Part shown: positions 49,361 to 60,119 of the stretch, piece by piece
Numbering within the stretch: the stretch's first letter is position 1
How the letters are laid out: each line of letters opens with the position of its first letter
NCBI GenBank assembly: GCA_016186645.1
Contig: JACPLF010000006.1
Span: 46,312-110,311, forward strand
DNA: 64,000 bases
Direction: 5' to 3'
Source: Candidatus Levyibacteriota bacterium
GTDB taxonomy: Bacteria; Patescibacteriota; Microgenomatia; Levybacterales; UBA12049
Position numbers and translations under genes: made by a program
Notes under the pieces: model-generated
Told to the model about the DNA's origin: nothing
Seen by the model: the letters and a program-made list of their open reading frames with translations, nothing else
Databases searched by the model: none

Positions 49361-50116
49361 ATGAAGCTTCCTTTGACACTTATTGTACCTGCTAAAAAAG
49401 AAGAAGAAGCGGTTATCCATACATTGGAAAAAATTAAAGAAAGAGTCAAAATTAATCACAAAGTAATAGTTGTAAATGACTCTTTTGAAGGGGACAAGAC
49501 AGGTGAAATTGTTAAAAAATATGCAGAAAAAAATAAAAATGTTTCGGTAGTTATCAATAGGAATAATCCTCACCCGACTTTTGCAAGCGCATTAATCTTG
49601 GGATTTGATAAAGTGAAAGACGGCGTAGCTATTCCTATAATGGCTGATTTGTGTGACAGACTGGAGGACATAGAAATTATGTATAAGAAAATCCATGAGG
49701 GTTGGGATATTGTCTGCGGTAGCAGATATATAAGGGGAGGGGGAAAAAAAGGAGGACCATTAATTCAGTCGGTAGGCTCATTTCTTATTTGTTCTTTCTT
49801 ACATTATGTGACAGGTATTCCCACAACAGATGTAAGCAATGCTTTCAAAATGTATAGAAAAAACGTTTTGGAAAAAGCGATTATCCATCCAAGAAGCGGA
49901 GTTGAGGCATCTATGGCAATTACGCTGCAGGCGTATTTTGACAAGGCAAAAATCACAGAAATTCCAACTCGCTGGATTGGCAGAACTTTGGGAAACTCTA
50001 AATTTAAAATAATTGAAAGAACGCCTCCTTACTACAAAATTTGCGTATGGGCAGTCAAAAATACCATAAGAAAATACTTGCATCTTAAGCCTCTAAAATA
50101 TAATATAGATTATTAA
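49361..50116 (+). CDS. Glycosyltransferase family 2 (DPM1-like)
   Basis: LIVPAKKEE...VIVVNDS...ADL motifs. Confidence 0.7.
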   Translation: MKLPLTLIVPAKKEEEAVIHTLEKIKERVKINHKVIVVNDSFEGDKTGEIVKKYAEKNKNVSVVINRNNPHPTFASALILGFDKVKDGVAIPIMADLCDRLEDIEIMYKKIHEGWDIVCGSRYIRGGGKKGGPLIQSVGSFLICSFLHYVTGIPTTDVSNAFKMYRKNVLEKAIIHPRSGVEASMAITLQAYFDKAKITEIPTRWIGRTLGNSKFKIIERTPPYYKICVWAVKNTIRKYLHLKPLKYNIDY

Positions 50117-50125
50117 TCGTCTTTA

Positions 50126-53002
50126 ATGAGAAAAATTTCTATATTTATCAAAACTTTTTCTAATTTTTTCAATAAATACTACCCCATATCTGCTTTAGTT
50201 TTTCTTGCGCTGGTAGTTGTTGCAGCCTTGTGGCAGGTCTCAAATTTGTATTTCTGGACAGACGATTGGGATCTATTCCTAAGAATAACCCATCCCAATC
50301 TTGAGCTTTGGGGAATGAAGCCTGGATGGTTTGGCAGCGGTCCGTATCGTTACCTTCCGACTCCCTTCATGCCTTTCTTTCCAATATTTGGTCTTAATCC
50401 AACTCCTTATTTTATTGGCAGTATTTTCGTTTATTTTATCGCCACTGTAAGCGTATTTTTGCTGTTTCTTGAGATTACACGGAAAAGGTCTTTAGCAATT
50501 GGAGCAGCTGCAATTTATGGTGCGTCAGGATATATTGGGAGCTATACAATTTTTCATTTGTCTAATTCTTATCAGAATCTGGGTGCTGTAATATTTACCA
50601 CTTTGACTCTTTGGATTTTGGCAAAACATTATAAAACAAATAATATTTTGTATTACTTGTTAAGCATCTTTCTGTTTTATGCATCTTTGGAGATAGAAAA
50701 TCTTAGGGCTCATGGACTTATATTTTTAGTTTTGGGTTTAACAATTTTATTTGCGAGATGGGAAAAATCTATAGGAAATATCTTGCTTAATTTAGTAAAA
50801 TTAATTCCCTTTGTCTTAGTTTATAGGAATTTGTACAGCGCTACGTTGGGGTCCGGACATACGACTACTGTTGGAGCATTTTTCTACACAATGGGGAGAG
50901 ATAAATTATATGCATATTTTATTAACCCATTTGCAAGTTTTAGTAACGTTATTATTCCGGACAATATAACAAAATTTATCTATAGCTTTTTTGGTAAGCT
51001 ACCAGGCAACCCAGTCCCTGAAATTATCCTCATTTTGCTTTTTACTTTGGCGACATTGTTTATTGTTTTTAAAAATAAAAGTTTAGTTCAGAAGTATTTT
51101 GGTTTGATTTTAATTGCCACAGAAATTGCATATTTCTTCTTCAATAAATGGGCGATAAAACAGCCCATACTTTCAAATCTTGAGATACATGCCGGTTTTA
51201 CTTCTATGCTGGGTATGACACTTTTGCTGTCATTATTGCTGGTCAGTTTCAGATTATGGAAAAACAGGGAAAATATTCTTAGCAGAGTCTTACTTTTTGG
51301 AGTAGTTTTAATTTTTGGGCATTATATTGGTTATTTTGTTGGCGTTCCCGGATATAGCTATCTTATAACTACCGATAGATACTTAACGCCCTCTGCTGTT
51401 GGGACAGCACTTATATTGGGAACTTTGTTTTACGTGATTAAGTTTAAAAAGATAGCTTTTTTCCCAATCTTTGTATTTTTTTACTCTGCATATTTAATAA
51501 TTCTTATGAATATAGCTGCTTATCAAACAGTCAACGATGTCAGTAAACCTACAAGACGAATATATGATAATATAAGGAAAATTACCCCATCCATACCTAA
51601 AAATTCAGTATTGTTGTTAAATATTGAAAATACTTCTAACTTGAGATACTTAGTTGGGAGTTCTTTTCCTAGCACTGCATTTGCATTATTTTATGGATTT
51701 CCAAATAGGGTTCCTGCTGTGCGTTCCTTTGATGAGTATCTTTATGATGTGAAAATGGGGAAGATGAAATTGGATGACTTACAAAGTTTTTATATCGATC
51801 AATGGAAAATCATAGATACAACTAAGGAAATAATATCACTTTTGAAAAATCCAACAGTCCCTAGTGTATTAAATCTTTCAAAATGGTCTAGCAATACTCC
51901 GTTCTCAAATAATAATTCGTTTAGTACCGGTTCTTTTATTTTAGAAAGAGAAAAGGATACTGTGGGGGTTAACCCGCAAATAGATGCAAATATAGATTAT
52001 AAAAGTATTGTTCCTGCAATGCTTAGTCTAACCATTACTGCGAGTCCGGCTATTTTGGATGGGAAAAAACTTCCCTATCGTGATATTTCCACTACTGTAG
52101 GAGATGAAATTATAAAAGAAGATTTAGTGAATTTGGTAATTGATGAGGTTATGGATCCAGCATCATGTAAAAATATTCCTATGTTTATCGCTTTAGATAA
52201 AGAGCGTAAAGAATTTGTAAAACAGGGAAGTATAGACGTTACTTCGCAAACTCAATATAGTGAAAAAGAATTTTTGTACGATGGCTTATTTAATACTAAT
52301 TGGTCGGGGCATGTGTTGGATTGGGCTAATGAGAAGTTAGTAGAAGTAACTTTGGACTTAAAAACCATAAAGCCTGTAACTGCATTTGTTTGGGTGAACT
52401 ATCTAGAAAGAACTACGCCCACTCAATATGTTATTTTGGGATCAGAAGATGGTACGAATTGGAAAAAATTAAAAGAGGTCAATAAGGGGCCGGGAAGATT
52501 GGACGGAGAATTCGTTTTGGAAAACTTTCCAGAAACAAACGCTAGGTACATAAAAATGATTATTACAGATATTTTGATAAAAAATGCCCCAGCTATGTCT
52601 GAAATTTGGACAAGTTCGCAAAGTAAAACAGAGGATTTGAAAGGTTATTCAAAACATCTAATTGATAATCCAATGCAATGTTCTTTAAAAGGTATTAATG
52701 AATACACAAGTCTTATTACCTCTCTTGATTTTCAGGCCAAAGCTAAGATTTGGTGGTTAACAGATAGCTGGGAAAATTTCAGCGAAAATAATTCTAAAGA
52801 GTTTAGTGTAATTTTGGATGGTCAGCCTCATACTTATAATATTTTTATCCCGGCCCAGGGAACCATGCTTGAGAAAATAAGAATAAATAATTTTCAATTG
52901 CCTATTAATTTAAATATTCAAAAAGCAGTAATTCGTTCTTTAACTTTTAAAGAAATTGATGAAACGGGGCATATAAGTATGCCTACAGGATCCACCAATT
53001 AA
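50126..53002 (+). CDS. Large polytopic membrane protein (GT-C-like) with C-terminal F5/8 type C discoidin-like carbohydrate-binding domain
   Basis: 958 aa. The N-terminal roughly 470 aa is hydrophobic. C-terminal NWSGHV...VTAFVWVNY...GSEDGTNWKKL...ARYIKM resembles a discoidin domain. Confidence 0.6.
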   Translation: MRKISIFIKTFSNFFNKYYPISALVFLALVVVAALWQVSNLYFWTDDWDLFLRITHPNLELWGMKPGWFGSGPYRYLPTPFMPFFPIFGLNPTPYFIGSIFVYFIATVSVFLLFLEITRKRSLAIGAAAIYGASGYIGSYTIFHLSNSYQNLGAVIFTTLTLWILAKHYKTNNILYYLLSIFLFYASLEIENLRAHGLIFLVLGLTILFARWEKSIGNILLNLVKLIPFVLVYRNLYSATLGSGHTTTVGAFFYTMGRDKLYAYFINPFASFSNVIIPDNITKFIYSFFGKLPGNPVPEIILILLFTLATLFIVFKNKSLVQKYFGLILIATEIAYFFFNKWAIKQPILSNLEIHAGFTSMLGMTLLLSLLLVSFRLWKNRENILSRVLLFGVVLIFGHYIGYFVGVPGYSYLITTDRYLTPSAVGTALILGTLFYVIKFKKIAFFPIFVFFYSAYLIILMNIAAYQTVNDVSKPTRRIYDNIRKITPSIPKNSVLLLNIENTSNLRYLVGSSFPSTAFALFYGFPNRVPAVRSFDEYLYDVKMGKMKLDDLQSFYIDQWKIIDTTKEIISLLKNPTVPSVLNLSKWSSNTPFSNNNSFSTGSFILEREKDTVGVNPQIDANIDYKSIVPAMLSLTITASPAILDGKKLPYRDISTTVGDEIIKEDLVNLVIDEVMDPASCKNIPMFIALDKERKEFVKQGSIDVTSQTQYSEKEFLYDGLFNTNWSGHVLDWANEKLVEVTLDLKTIKPVTAFVWVNYLERTTPTQYVILGSEDGTNWKKLKEVNKGPGRLDGEFVLENFPETNARYIKMIITDILIKNAPAMSEIWTSSQSKTEDLKGYSKHLIDNPMQCSLKGINEYTSLITSLDFQAKAKIWWLTDSWENFSENNSKEFSVILDGQPHTYNIFIPAQGTMLEKIRINNFQLPINLNIQKAVIRSLTFKEIDETGHISMPTGSTN

Positions 53003-54207
53003 ATTGTACCCATTTTTTTTAAAGCAGAGCTGTAAGAATTTTTCCAAGTATTATTCTTAGCAAAGTTAATCGCTTCTTTTCTCATTCGCATGTAAAGATT
53101 GTTATCTTCAAAAACTTTAATTACTGCGTTGGCTAAATCTTCCTCGTTATCTTTTATAATAATCCCTGATCCATATTTTTCTATCTCACGGCTTAGAGGA
53201 GGTACATGAGTTGTGATTACTGGTAATCCTGCTCCAAAGTAAAGTCTTATTTTGGTTGCGTCACCATACCATCTTGCGGAATCAGGATAAGACATGTAGG
53301 GAGCAATACCTAGACTCGATTCTTTAACAATATTGGAAAGTTTGTTTGCGTCTTGTATAAAACCGTGGAAAATTATATTTTTTTCAACTTTATTATCCCT
53401 TGCCAAATTTTCAAGTTCTTTTTGCGGAGTATGGCCTCCTCCGAGAATGCTAAGTTTTGCTTTAGGAAATTTGTTTAATATTCTTTTCATAGCAAGGATT
53501 GCGATAGGAAGTCCATTTTCAGGACCGAATGTTCCTGCAAAAACCAACGTGAAGGGTTTGATTTTATCCAAGGGTAAGTAAGAAATCTGTTTTGGAAATA
53601 AAGCATTGGGTACCAAAATTACAGGTGCAGATTTTTTTGGATCAAGACCAGCTTTAATTCTTGCATCAAACATTGCCGGTGATACGTCCCAAATAAAGTC
53701 GGCTGAATAGCAGCAAAACCTATCAAGAGAAAGATACAAATTATTCAGCCATTTTTGTGAATATCTATTTGGAATATAGTCTGAAACATAATAAACAACT
53801 GTTTTAGTCAGTCCCAATCTTTTCAGTATTATTCCGGCAATTGTGTAGATAGACTCAAGTCCTATGAAAAGATCGTATTTTGTTTTGGAAATAATAAATA
53901 GTTCAAAGACCGTTAGAAAATCCCGTAATTTAAATAATATTTGTGTACCATTGATATTTATTATTTTAAGTAATGGAAACATGAGGATACTAACCAGAGA
54001 TAATGATTTTTTTTTAAGGCTCCCGTTAGCGTATCGGTCAAAACGTGTTATGACGGTGCTGCTTCCCGGATGCGGTCCATCAATTAGATCGACTATTTTG
54101 CTTTGGGGCAAGAAAAAGGAAAGCAATGGCTCAATCATGCCGTTTATGGATGTTTGTCCTTTGGAATTCCAAATGGAGAACGTTGCAATGAGTATTTTGT
54201 CAGGCAT
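52999..54207 (-). CDS. Glycosyltransferase, GT4-like; paralog of 24759..25943
   Basis: 402 aa; C-terminal domain similarity to the 24759 protein. Confidence 0.7.
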   Translation of the reverse strand: MPDKILIATFSIWNSKGQTSINGMIEPLLSFFLPQSKIVDLIDGPHPGSSTVITRFDRYANGSLKKKSLSLVSILMFPLLKIININGTQILFKLRDFLTVFELFIISKTKYDLFIGLESIYTIAGIILKRLGLTKTVVYYVSDYIPNRYSQKWLNNLYLSLDRFCCYSADFIWDVSPAMFDARIKAGLDPKKSAPVILVPNALFPKQISYLPLDKIKPFTLVFAGTFGPENGLPIAILAMKRILNKFPKAKLSILGGGHTPQKELENLARDNKVEKNIIFHGFIQDANKLSNIVKESSLGIAPYMSYPDSARWYGDATKIRLYFGAGLPVITTHVPPLSREIEKYGSGIIIKDNEEDLANAVIKVFEDNNLYMRMRKEAINFAKNNTWKNSYSSALKKMGTI

Positions 54208-54212
54208 AATTG

Positions 54213-54221
54213 TGTTATAAT
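54213..54221 (+). promoter_or_regulatory. Extended -10 promoter-like element TGTTATAAT, second copy of the ATTGTGTTATAAT motif
   Basis: Lies in the divergent intergenic region 54208..54260, about 39 nt upstream of the ATG at 54261. Confidence 0.3.
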
Positions 54222-54260
54222 ATTTTACATTATTCAGAGACCAAATTAAATACTTAGAAT

Positions 54261-55313
54261 ATGTCGAAAAAGATTTTAGTGACAGGGTCTGCGGGACTTA
54301 TCGGATCTGAATCAGTTAAATTTTTCGCCGAAAAAGACTTTGAAATCATCGGAATAGACAACGACATGCGGGCATATTTTTTCGGGAAAGAAGCGAGTAC
54401 TTCCTGGAACAGAAAGTTTTTGGAAACAAAATATAAAAACTACAAGCACTACAACCTAGATATTCGCGATCAAGAAGGCCTTGAGAAAATTTTCAAAGAG
54501 CATAAATTTGATTTAATAATTCACACTGCTGCTCAGCCATCGCATGATTGGGCTTCAAAAGAGCCTCTAACCGATTTTGGAGTAAATGCATTAGGAACTT
54601 TGTATCTTTTGGAAAACTTTAGAAAATATAGCCCTTCATCTGTTTTTATTTTTACATCTACGAATAAAGTATATGGAGATACTCCGAATAGTCTTCCTTT
54701 AATCGAAGAAAAGTTGCGTTATGAGTTGCCCAAAACCCACAAATATTACAAGGGAATAGACGAGTCGATGAGCATTGATAATTCAAAACATAGTATTTTT
54801 GGCGCATCAAAAGTCGCAGCAGATGTTATGGTTCAGGAGTACGGAAAATATTTTGGACTCAAAACAACGGTTTTTAGAGGAGGATGTCTGACAGGTCCTG
54901 CACATTCAGGAACAAAGCTTCACGGATTTTTGGCATATTTGGTTAAATGTATTGCGACGGGTCAGAAATATACGATTTATGGATACAAAGGGAAGCAAGT
55001 TAGGGACAATATTCACTCTTTTGATTTGGTTAATGCTTTTTATCATGTCTACAAAAATCCAAGAATGGGAGAGGCTTACAACATAGGAGGCTCTCGCCAT
55101 TCAAACATATCAATTCTCGAAGCAATCGAAAAGATAGAAAAAATTCTAAAACGTAAAGCTAACTTCGATTATGATAATGAAAATAGATCCGGAGACCATA
55201 TTTGGTACATTTCTGATGTGTCTAAATTCAAATCTCACTATCCTAAGTGGGATTTCAAATACTCAGGCGATATGATTCTTGAAAACATCTGCCGCTTTGG
55301 GCATTTCTCCTAA
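54261..55313 (+). CDS. CDP-paratose 2-epimerase (tyvelose epimerase)-like SDR
   Basis: [27 protein letters not shown]...NISILE blocks align with the RfbE/Tyv family; 350 aa. Confidence 0.65.
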   Translation: MSKKILVTGSAGLIGSESVKFFAEKDFEIIGIDNDMRAYFFGKEASTSWNRKFLETKYKNYKHYNLDIRDQEGLEKIFKEHKFDLIIHTAAQPSHDWASKEPLTDFGVNALGTLYLLENFRKYSPSSVFIFTSTNKVYGDTPNSLPLIEEKLRYELPKTHKYYKGIDESMSIDNSKHSIFGASKVAADVMVQEYGKYFGLKTTVFRGGCLTGPAHSGTKLHGFLAYLVKCIATGQKYTIYGYKGKQVRDNIHSFDLVNAFYHVYKNPRMGEAYNIGGSRHSNISILEAIEKIEKILKRKANFDYDNENRSGDHIWYISDVSKFKSHYPKWDFKYSGDMILENICRFGHFS

Positions 55314-55314
55314 T

Positions 55315-56382
55315 ATGAAATATAAAAAAATTCTTGTGACTGGCGGAGCCGGATTTGTAGGATCGAATATCTGCATAAAATTAAAACAAGAATTCCCGCA
55401 AATTCAAATCACGGCTTTTGATAACTTGATTAGGAAAGGATCCGAACTTAATCTTCCTCGATTCAAGAAGCAGGGAATTGGTTTTATTCGTGGAGATGTC
55501 AGAAATAGAGCTGACCTTGCTCTTTCAGATATAGATCTTATTATTGAATGTTCTGCTGAGCCATCGGTTATGGCTGGGGTAACATCATCTCCGGAATATC
55601 TTGTAGACACCAACCTTATTGGCGCCTTAAACTGTTTTGAGTTGGCGAGAAAAACAAAAGCAGACGTAGTATTTTTGTCCACAAGCAGAGTCTATCCGGT
55701 AAAACATTTAAATAATCTGTCGTTTAAAGAAGATAAAACACGATTTTCACTTGTTAGCGATCAGTCAATAAGGGGTAGTTCGGAAGAAGGGATAACAGAA
55801 GATTTTCCTTTGGACGGAGTTAGGACTTTGTATGGAGCAACAAAATTGTCTGCAGAGTTTATGTTGACAGAGTACATCAACAATTATGGGATAAAGGGAA
55901 TCATAAATAGATGCGGCCTTATTACTGGCCCTTGGCAGATGGGAAAAGTGGACCAGGGAGTTATCGTGTTATGGATGGCAAAGCACGTGTACAAAAAACC
56001 TCTATCATACATAGGATTTGGAGGAGAGGGAAAACAGGTTAGGGACATAATAGATATAGACGATCTGTTCGATCTTTTAAAAATTCAACTGGAGGATATA
56101 GAAAAATATAGTGGAGAAATATTTAATGTTGGAGGAGGAAGAAAAAATAGTCTTTCTCTTTTAGAATTAACAAATCTTTGCAGGAATATTTCTGGGAATG
56201 AAATAAAAATAGAAAAAGTAAAAGAAGATAGGGCGGGGGATGTAAGGATATACATTGGGGATAACAGTAAAATAACAAAATTGTCCGGATGGAGTCCAAA
56301 AAAATCCACGAAAAAGACTTTAGAGGAAATTTATAAATGGATAATAGGTAATAAAGATAATCTTGAACCGATTCTTTCTTAA
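55315..56382 (+). CDS. CDP-paratose 2-epimerase-like SDR, tandem paralog
   Basis: Start at MKYKKILVTGGAGFVGS; YGATKLSAEFMLTEY; NVGGG...SLSLLEL. Confidence 0.65.
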   Translation: MKYKKILVTGGAGFVGSNICIKLKQEFPQIQITAFDNLIRKGSELNLPRFKKQGIGFIRGDVRNRADLALSDIDLIIECSAEPSVMAGVTSSPEYLVDTNLIGALNCFELARKTKADVVFLSTSRVYPVKHLNNLSFKEDKTRFSLVSDQSIRGSSEEGITEDFPLDGVRTLYGATKLSAEFMLTEYINNYGIKGIINRCGLITGPWQMGKVDQGVIVLWMAKHVYKKPLSYIGFGGEGKQVRDIIDIDDLFDLLKIQLEDIEKYSGEIFNVGGGRKNSLSLLELTNLCRNISGNEIKIEKVKEDRAGDVRIYIGDNSKITKLSGWSPKKSTKKTLEEIYKWIIGNKDNLEPILS

Positions 56383-56383
56383 C

Positions 56384-59300
56384 ATGAAATTACGAAAAAT
56401 AATTTTGACTATACTTTTGTTTTCGTTATCATTTGTTCCGTTTTTATGGTTCCCTAAAGACCAAATTCTAATAGGCTATGACAATGTTTACCCTCTTAAT
56501 GCGGCAGCTTTCCTAAAAGATAGAATATTTTCATGGACTACAACATCTGGGTTTGACATGGATCAGTCCGGTATTCAGGGGAGCTTAGTTATTCACTTTG
56601 TGGATAGCATTCCTCAGTTGTTGGGACTTCCGGTCCAGCTTAGTCAAAAAATCGTGTTCAGCTTTTGGTTCTTTTTACTATTATTCTCTCCCTATTTTTT
56701 TATCACCAGACTTGAAAAGGCTGGTCTAATCAAAAGTTCATATCTTCGATATTTTTTCCCTGTTTTATATGCATTTAATTTCTACATTCTTCAGGCATGG
56801 TGGGTAGCAGAACGAACAAAGTTTTCTCTCGTTGTTGTTATGCCTCTAATTCTTTCGCTTCTTATACCTATGGCCCTGCAGAAGCTTACTTTGAGAAATA
56901 TAATAAAAACCGCACTTACTTGCTCTATATTACTATCCATCTTTAACGGCGGGGGATGGGTTGGTTTCCCTCTTTACGGAGGCTTACTTATTGCGCTTTC
57001 AGTTTATTATTTCTTTTTTCTTGGTTTCTATTTCTTTACAAACCAGAAGAGAAATATTGGGTATCTTACTTTATTTTTTCTTTGCTTTGGATTTTCGTAT
57101 ATTTTGCTTAATGCTTATACTTTGGTTCCATTCTTGCTGACAACTTTACGGGAATACAGCGCTCTTGTGCAAAGCTCGGGAGGAGTCTTGGGGCTTATTG
57201 AGTGGGCAAAATATTTAAGTTCCGACACCAGCATAGCTAACCTTTTGCGTCTGCAGGGAATACCGGATTGGTATAATAGCGGGAAAGATCACCCCTACGC
57301 GTTAATATATTTACAAAATCCTTTTTTTATCATTGCCAGCTTTCTTTTTCCCGCTTTTCTTTTTCTTTCTTTTCTGAGAAAGAAAAAAGAGAATACTCTA
57401 CTTATTTTTTTCTTTCTCATACTCCTTCTTGTCTCCCTTCTTTTTACTCAGGGCGTACATAAGCCGCTGGGCTCCATAATGGAGTTTTTAATGGAGGTTA
57501 TTCCCGGTTTTATTGCATTTCGTTCGGCAATTTTCAAATTCGGATATGCCTACTGGTTTTCTATAAGCTTTCTTATTGGACTTTTTTTGAGCGAAGCAAT
57601 TGAGTTTATTCTAGGGAAGATAAAACAGAGACAAATAAGCTCTCCCCTAAAGGTTCTATTGCCGCTTGTAATTATATTATTGCTTATTTTATATCATTTT
57701 CCCTACCTGACCGGTAATATTTTCCGAATTGAATCAAGGCAAATTGCCTCGCGCGTAACAGTTCCGTCTTATGTGCATGAATTTTCCAAATGGTGGAGGG
57801 AAAATGGGAAAAACGATAAAGTACTGCTGCTTCCGCAGCTAAATAGCAATTGGGGTTTGGAACAATATAGATGGGGATATATGAGCCTTGCTCCAATTTT
57901 GGGAAATTTTGCCAACAAAAATATTATTGAAAATACAGTTGTTCTTTCCTCTGCGGAAACAAGAATATTAAACGATTTCTACTCTGCTGTTAACGAAAAA
58001 AATTATCTAAAAATGGATGCAAATGCAAATGCGCTTAGTATTAAATATTTTTTGGCCCGAAAAGATTTCTATTATGATATTCCGGATCAGGAAACAACAG
58101 ACCCTTTACTTTTGGAGGAAAGGTTATTGGGGAATCCAAAAATTGTTAAAGTTAAATCATTCGGCCAATGGGACTTATATGCGTACACAGAGGAAAAACC
58201 GCTCTTTTTTGCAAGAACGTCAGCTATCCTGGGAATTGGAAATACAGCAAATGAGCACTATACTATTGCAGATAATGCACTCATTCTCGAAGGAGACAGT
58301 TTTATAAAAAACCCTCAGACTTTTTCTCACACATTTATTCAGCCGTCGTGTCTCAACTGCGATATAGAAAAAGAGGATTTGCAGCTGATTGTACCAAAGC
58401 CACGCGTGTTGATTGATTCAAAGTTCTACCAATTCGTAGAATTGCGGGACAGAATTTTCAGCCCAAAGTATAAATCCGTAGATAGCTATGTTGTAAATCT
58501 TCTTGGAGAAACATTAAAACTTAGCGGACAAATAAACGAGCTTGTTTCACAGGGGAGAAATGAAGAATATATTGCTTTTGCAAAAAATAAATTTATTCAC
58601 AATCTGGACCTAGTTGGCCAAGAGCTCCCAAATATTTTTGAAAAATCCGCGAACCCTTATTATACTTTTTTTGTTATCCAGCAGTATTTGGAGGCAGAAG
58701 ACAAATACATTTCAAACATTATTTCTACAAAGATTGATAGCAAAAGCGTATTCTCTGATCTGGAAAAAATACTTCTTTCAATAAGTCAGCTTAATAATGA
58801 AGTTCAGGCATCTTATACAATTGGAAATGCAAGTATTGAAAAAAAATATAGATTCGTAACGGAAGAAAGCGGAAATTACTTTGTCCGTATACGCCGTGAC
58901 ACAATTGGTACGTTGGTAAATAATGATCCGTCAAGTATCATAGTTTCCATTAATGATAAGCCCGTAAAAATAGATCCGAAACTTGATTATAAATATATAA
59001 TATTAGGAGATTTATATTTTGGTCAGGGAGATCAAATATTGACATTAGTTTTTCCTGAGCAGAAAAATCTTTTTACTCCTGGTACGCTGCAAACTATCGC
59101 CGCAAGAAACTGCGTCTCTTCAGTGATTAACAATTTTTCTCCAGCAAAAACATATAGTCTTAGGTTTTTATCCCGAAATAATTTTGATCAAAGCTTTTAT
59201 CTTTTTATCGATAATGCTGAAACATACGCCCCTACATACAGATCTTTTTTTCCGATTTCAAGAGAACACGTGACCAATAATAAGATAACTGTTTCTTCCA

Positions 59301-59764
59301 ATACAATGCATTTAAACAAATATTCAAATAGGCTACGTATCGCTTTTTGTGCAGCAACATTAACTGAAGATTTATTTAAAGAAAATATTTCCGATCTCGC
59401 TCTCATAGAGCTTACAAGTCCGATAGTAACGTTAGTTAAACAAGATAAAAATGTTTTTCAAAACATACCAGAGATAACTTTTGAAGAAGAAAATCAAACT
59501 CACTATAAAGTGCATGTTGAAAAAGCAGATGAACCATTTTACCTTGTTTTTAGCAGGAGATATTCGTCTGGGTGGAAAGCAAACATTGGTGATCATGTCA
59601 TCGGAAATAAATATGCAAATGTTTGGTATGTTGATAAAACCGGAGATATGGATATTGATGTCGTTTATGGTCCGCAAAGATATTTTACGTTTGGCGCAAT
59701 TATATCGCTATTATCAATCACTGCAGTTATAGGAATAATTATAAGATTAAAAAAATATGCGTAA
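56384..59764 (+). CDS. Very large polytopic membrane protein with roughly 650 aa extracytoplasmic domain, putative GT-C glycosyltransferase
   Basis: 1133 aa. N-terminal roughly 450 aa is highly hydrophobic; C-terminal TM anchor (IISLLSITAVIGIII). Start at the ATG just after the upstream stop. Confidence 0.5.
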   Translation: MKLRKIILTILLFSLSFVPFLWFPKDQILIGYDNVYPLNAAAFLKDRIFSWTTTSGFDMDQSGIQGSLVIHFVDSIPQLLGLPVQLSQKIVFSFWFFLLLFSPYFFITRLEKAGLIKSSYLRYFFPVLYAFNFYILQAWWVAERTKFSLVVVMPLILSLLIPMALQKLTLRNIIKTALTCSILLSIFNGGGWVGFPLYGGLLIALSVYYFFFLGFYFFTNQKRNIGYLTLFFLCFGFSYILLNAYTLVPFLLTTLREYSALVQSSGGVLGLIEWAKYLSSDTSIANLLRLQGIPDWYNSGKDHPYALIYLQNPFFIIASFLFPAFLFLSFLRKKKENTLLIFFFLILLLVSLLFTQGVHKPLGSIMEFLMEVIPGFIAFRSAIFKFGYAYWFSISFLIGLFLSEAIEFILGKIKQRQISSPLKVLLPLVIILLLILYHFPYLTGNIFRIESRQIASRVTVPSYVHEFSKWWRENGKNDKVLLLPQLNSNWGLEQYRWGYMSLAPILGNFANKNIIENTVVLSSAETRILNDFYSAVNEKNYLKMDANANALSIKYFLARKDFYYDIPDQETTDPLLLEERLLGNPKIVKVKSFGQWDLYAYTEEKPLFFARTSAILGIGNTANEHYTIADNALILEGDSFIKNPQTFSHTFIQPSCLNCDIEKEDLQLIVPKPRVLIDSKFYQFVELRDRIFSPKYKSVDSYVVNLLGETLKLSGQINELVSQGRNEEYIAFAKNKFIHNLDLVGQELPNIFEKSANPYYTFFVIQQYLEAEDKYISNIISTKIDSKSVFSDLEKILLSISQLNNEVQASYTIGNASIEKKYRFVTEESGNYFVRIRRDTIGTLVNNDPSSIIVSINDKPVKIDPKLDYKYIILGDLYFGQGDQILTLVFPEQKNLFTPGTLQTIAARNCVSSVINNFSPAKTYSLRFLSRNNFDQSFYLFIDNAETYAPTYRSFFPISREHVTNNKITVSSNTMHLNKYSNRLRIAFCAATLTEDLFKENISDLALIELTSPIVTLVKQDKNVFQNIPEITFEEENQTHYKVHVEKADEPFYLVFSRRYSSGWKANIGDHVIGNKYANVWYVDKTGDMDIDVVYGPQRYFTFGAIISLLSITAVIGIIIRLKKYA

Positions 59765-60119
59765 TAACATTAGTAGGCTTATTGAATGGTATCATGTAAA
59801 TCTGGGAAGAGTAGTTTCTCTTTTTCTTCTTATAGTTGTGTTAGCGCTTCTATTTATCTACATTCCCTTTGTCAATATCATACTTTCTCCACAGTTAAGT
59901 ATTGTGATAATTTTGACGTCTTGGGGCATACTGTTTACGCCTTCCGTAAAAACATTGGTCTTATTCGCATTTTTTGTTCTGCTTATGGATATCATCCTAA
60001 CTTTTTTTGGTTTGGATGCGTTTGTTGACCCGCTTGGAAACATTTTTTATTTTCTGCTCATTTTTATATGCGTTAATTATGCAAAGGAAGTTTTTCAGAT
60101 GTACAAAAATAAAGAATGA
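59757..60119 (+). CDS. Small 3-4 TM membrane protein, hypothetical
   Basis: 120 aa; overlaps both neighbours by a few nt (operonic). Confidence 0.45.
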   Translation: MRNNISRLIEWYHVNLGRVVSLFLLIVVLALLFIYIPFVNIILSPQLSIVIILTSWGILFTPSVKTLVLFAFFVLLMDIILTFFGLDAFVDPLGNIFYFLLIFICVNYAKEVFQMYKNKE

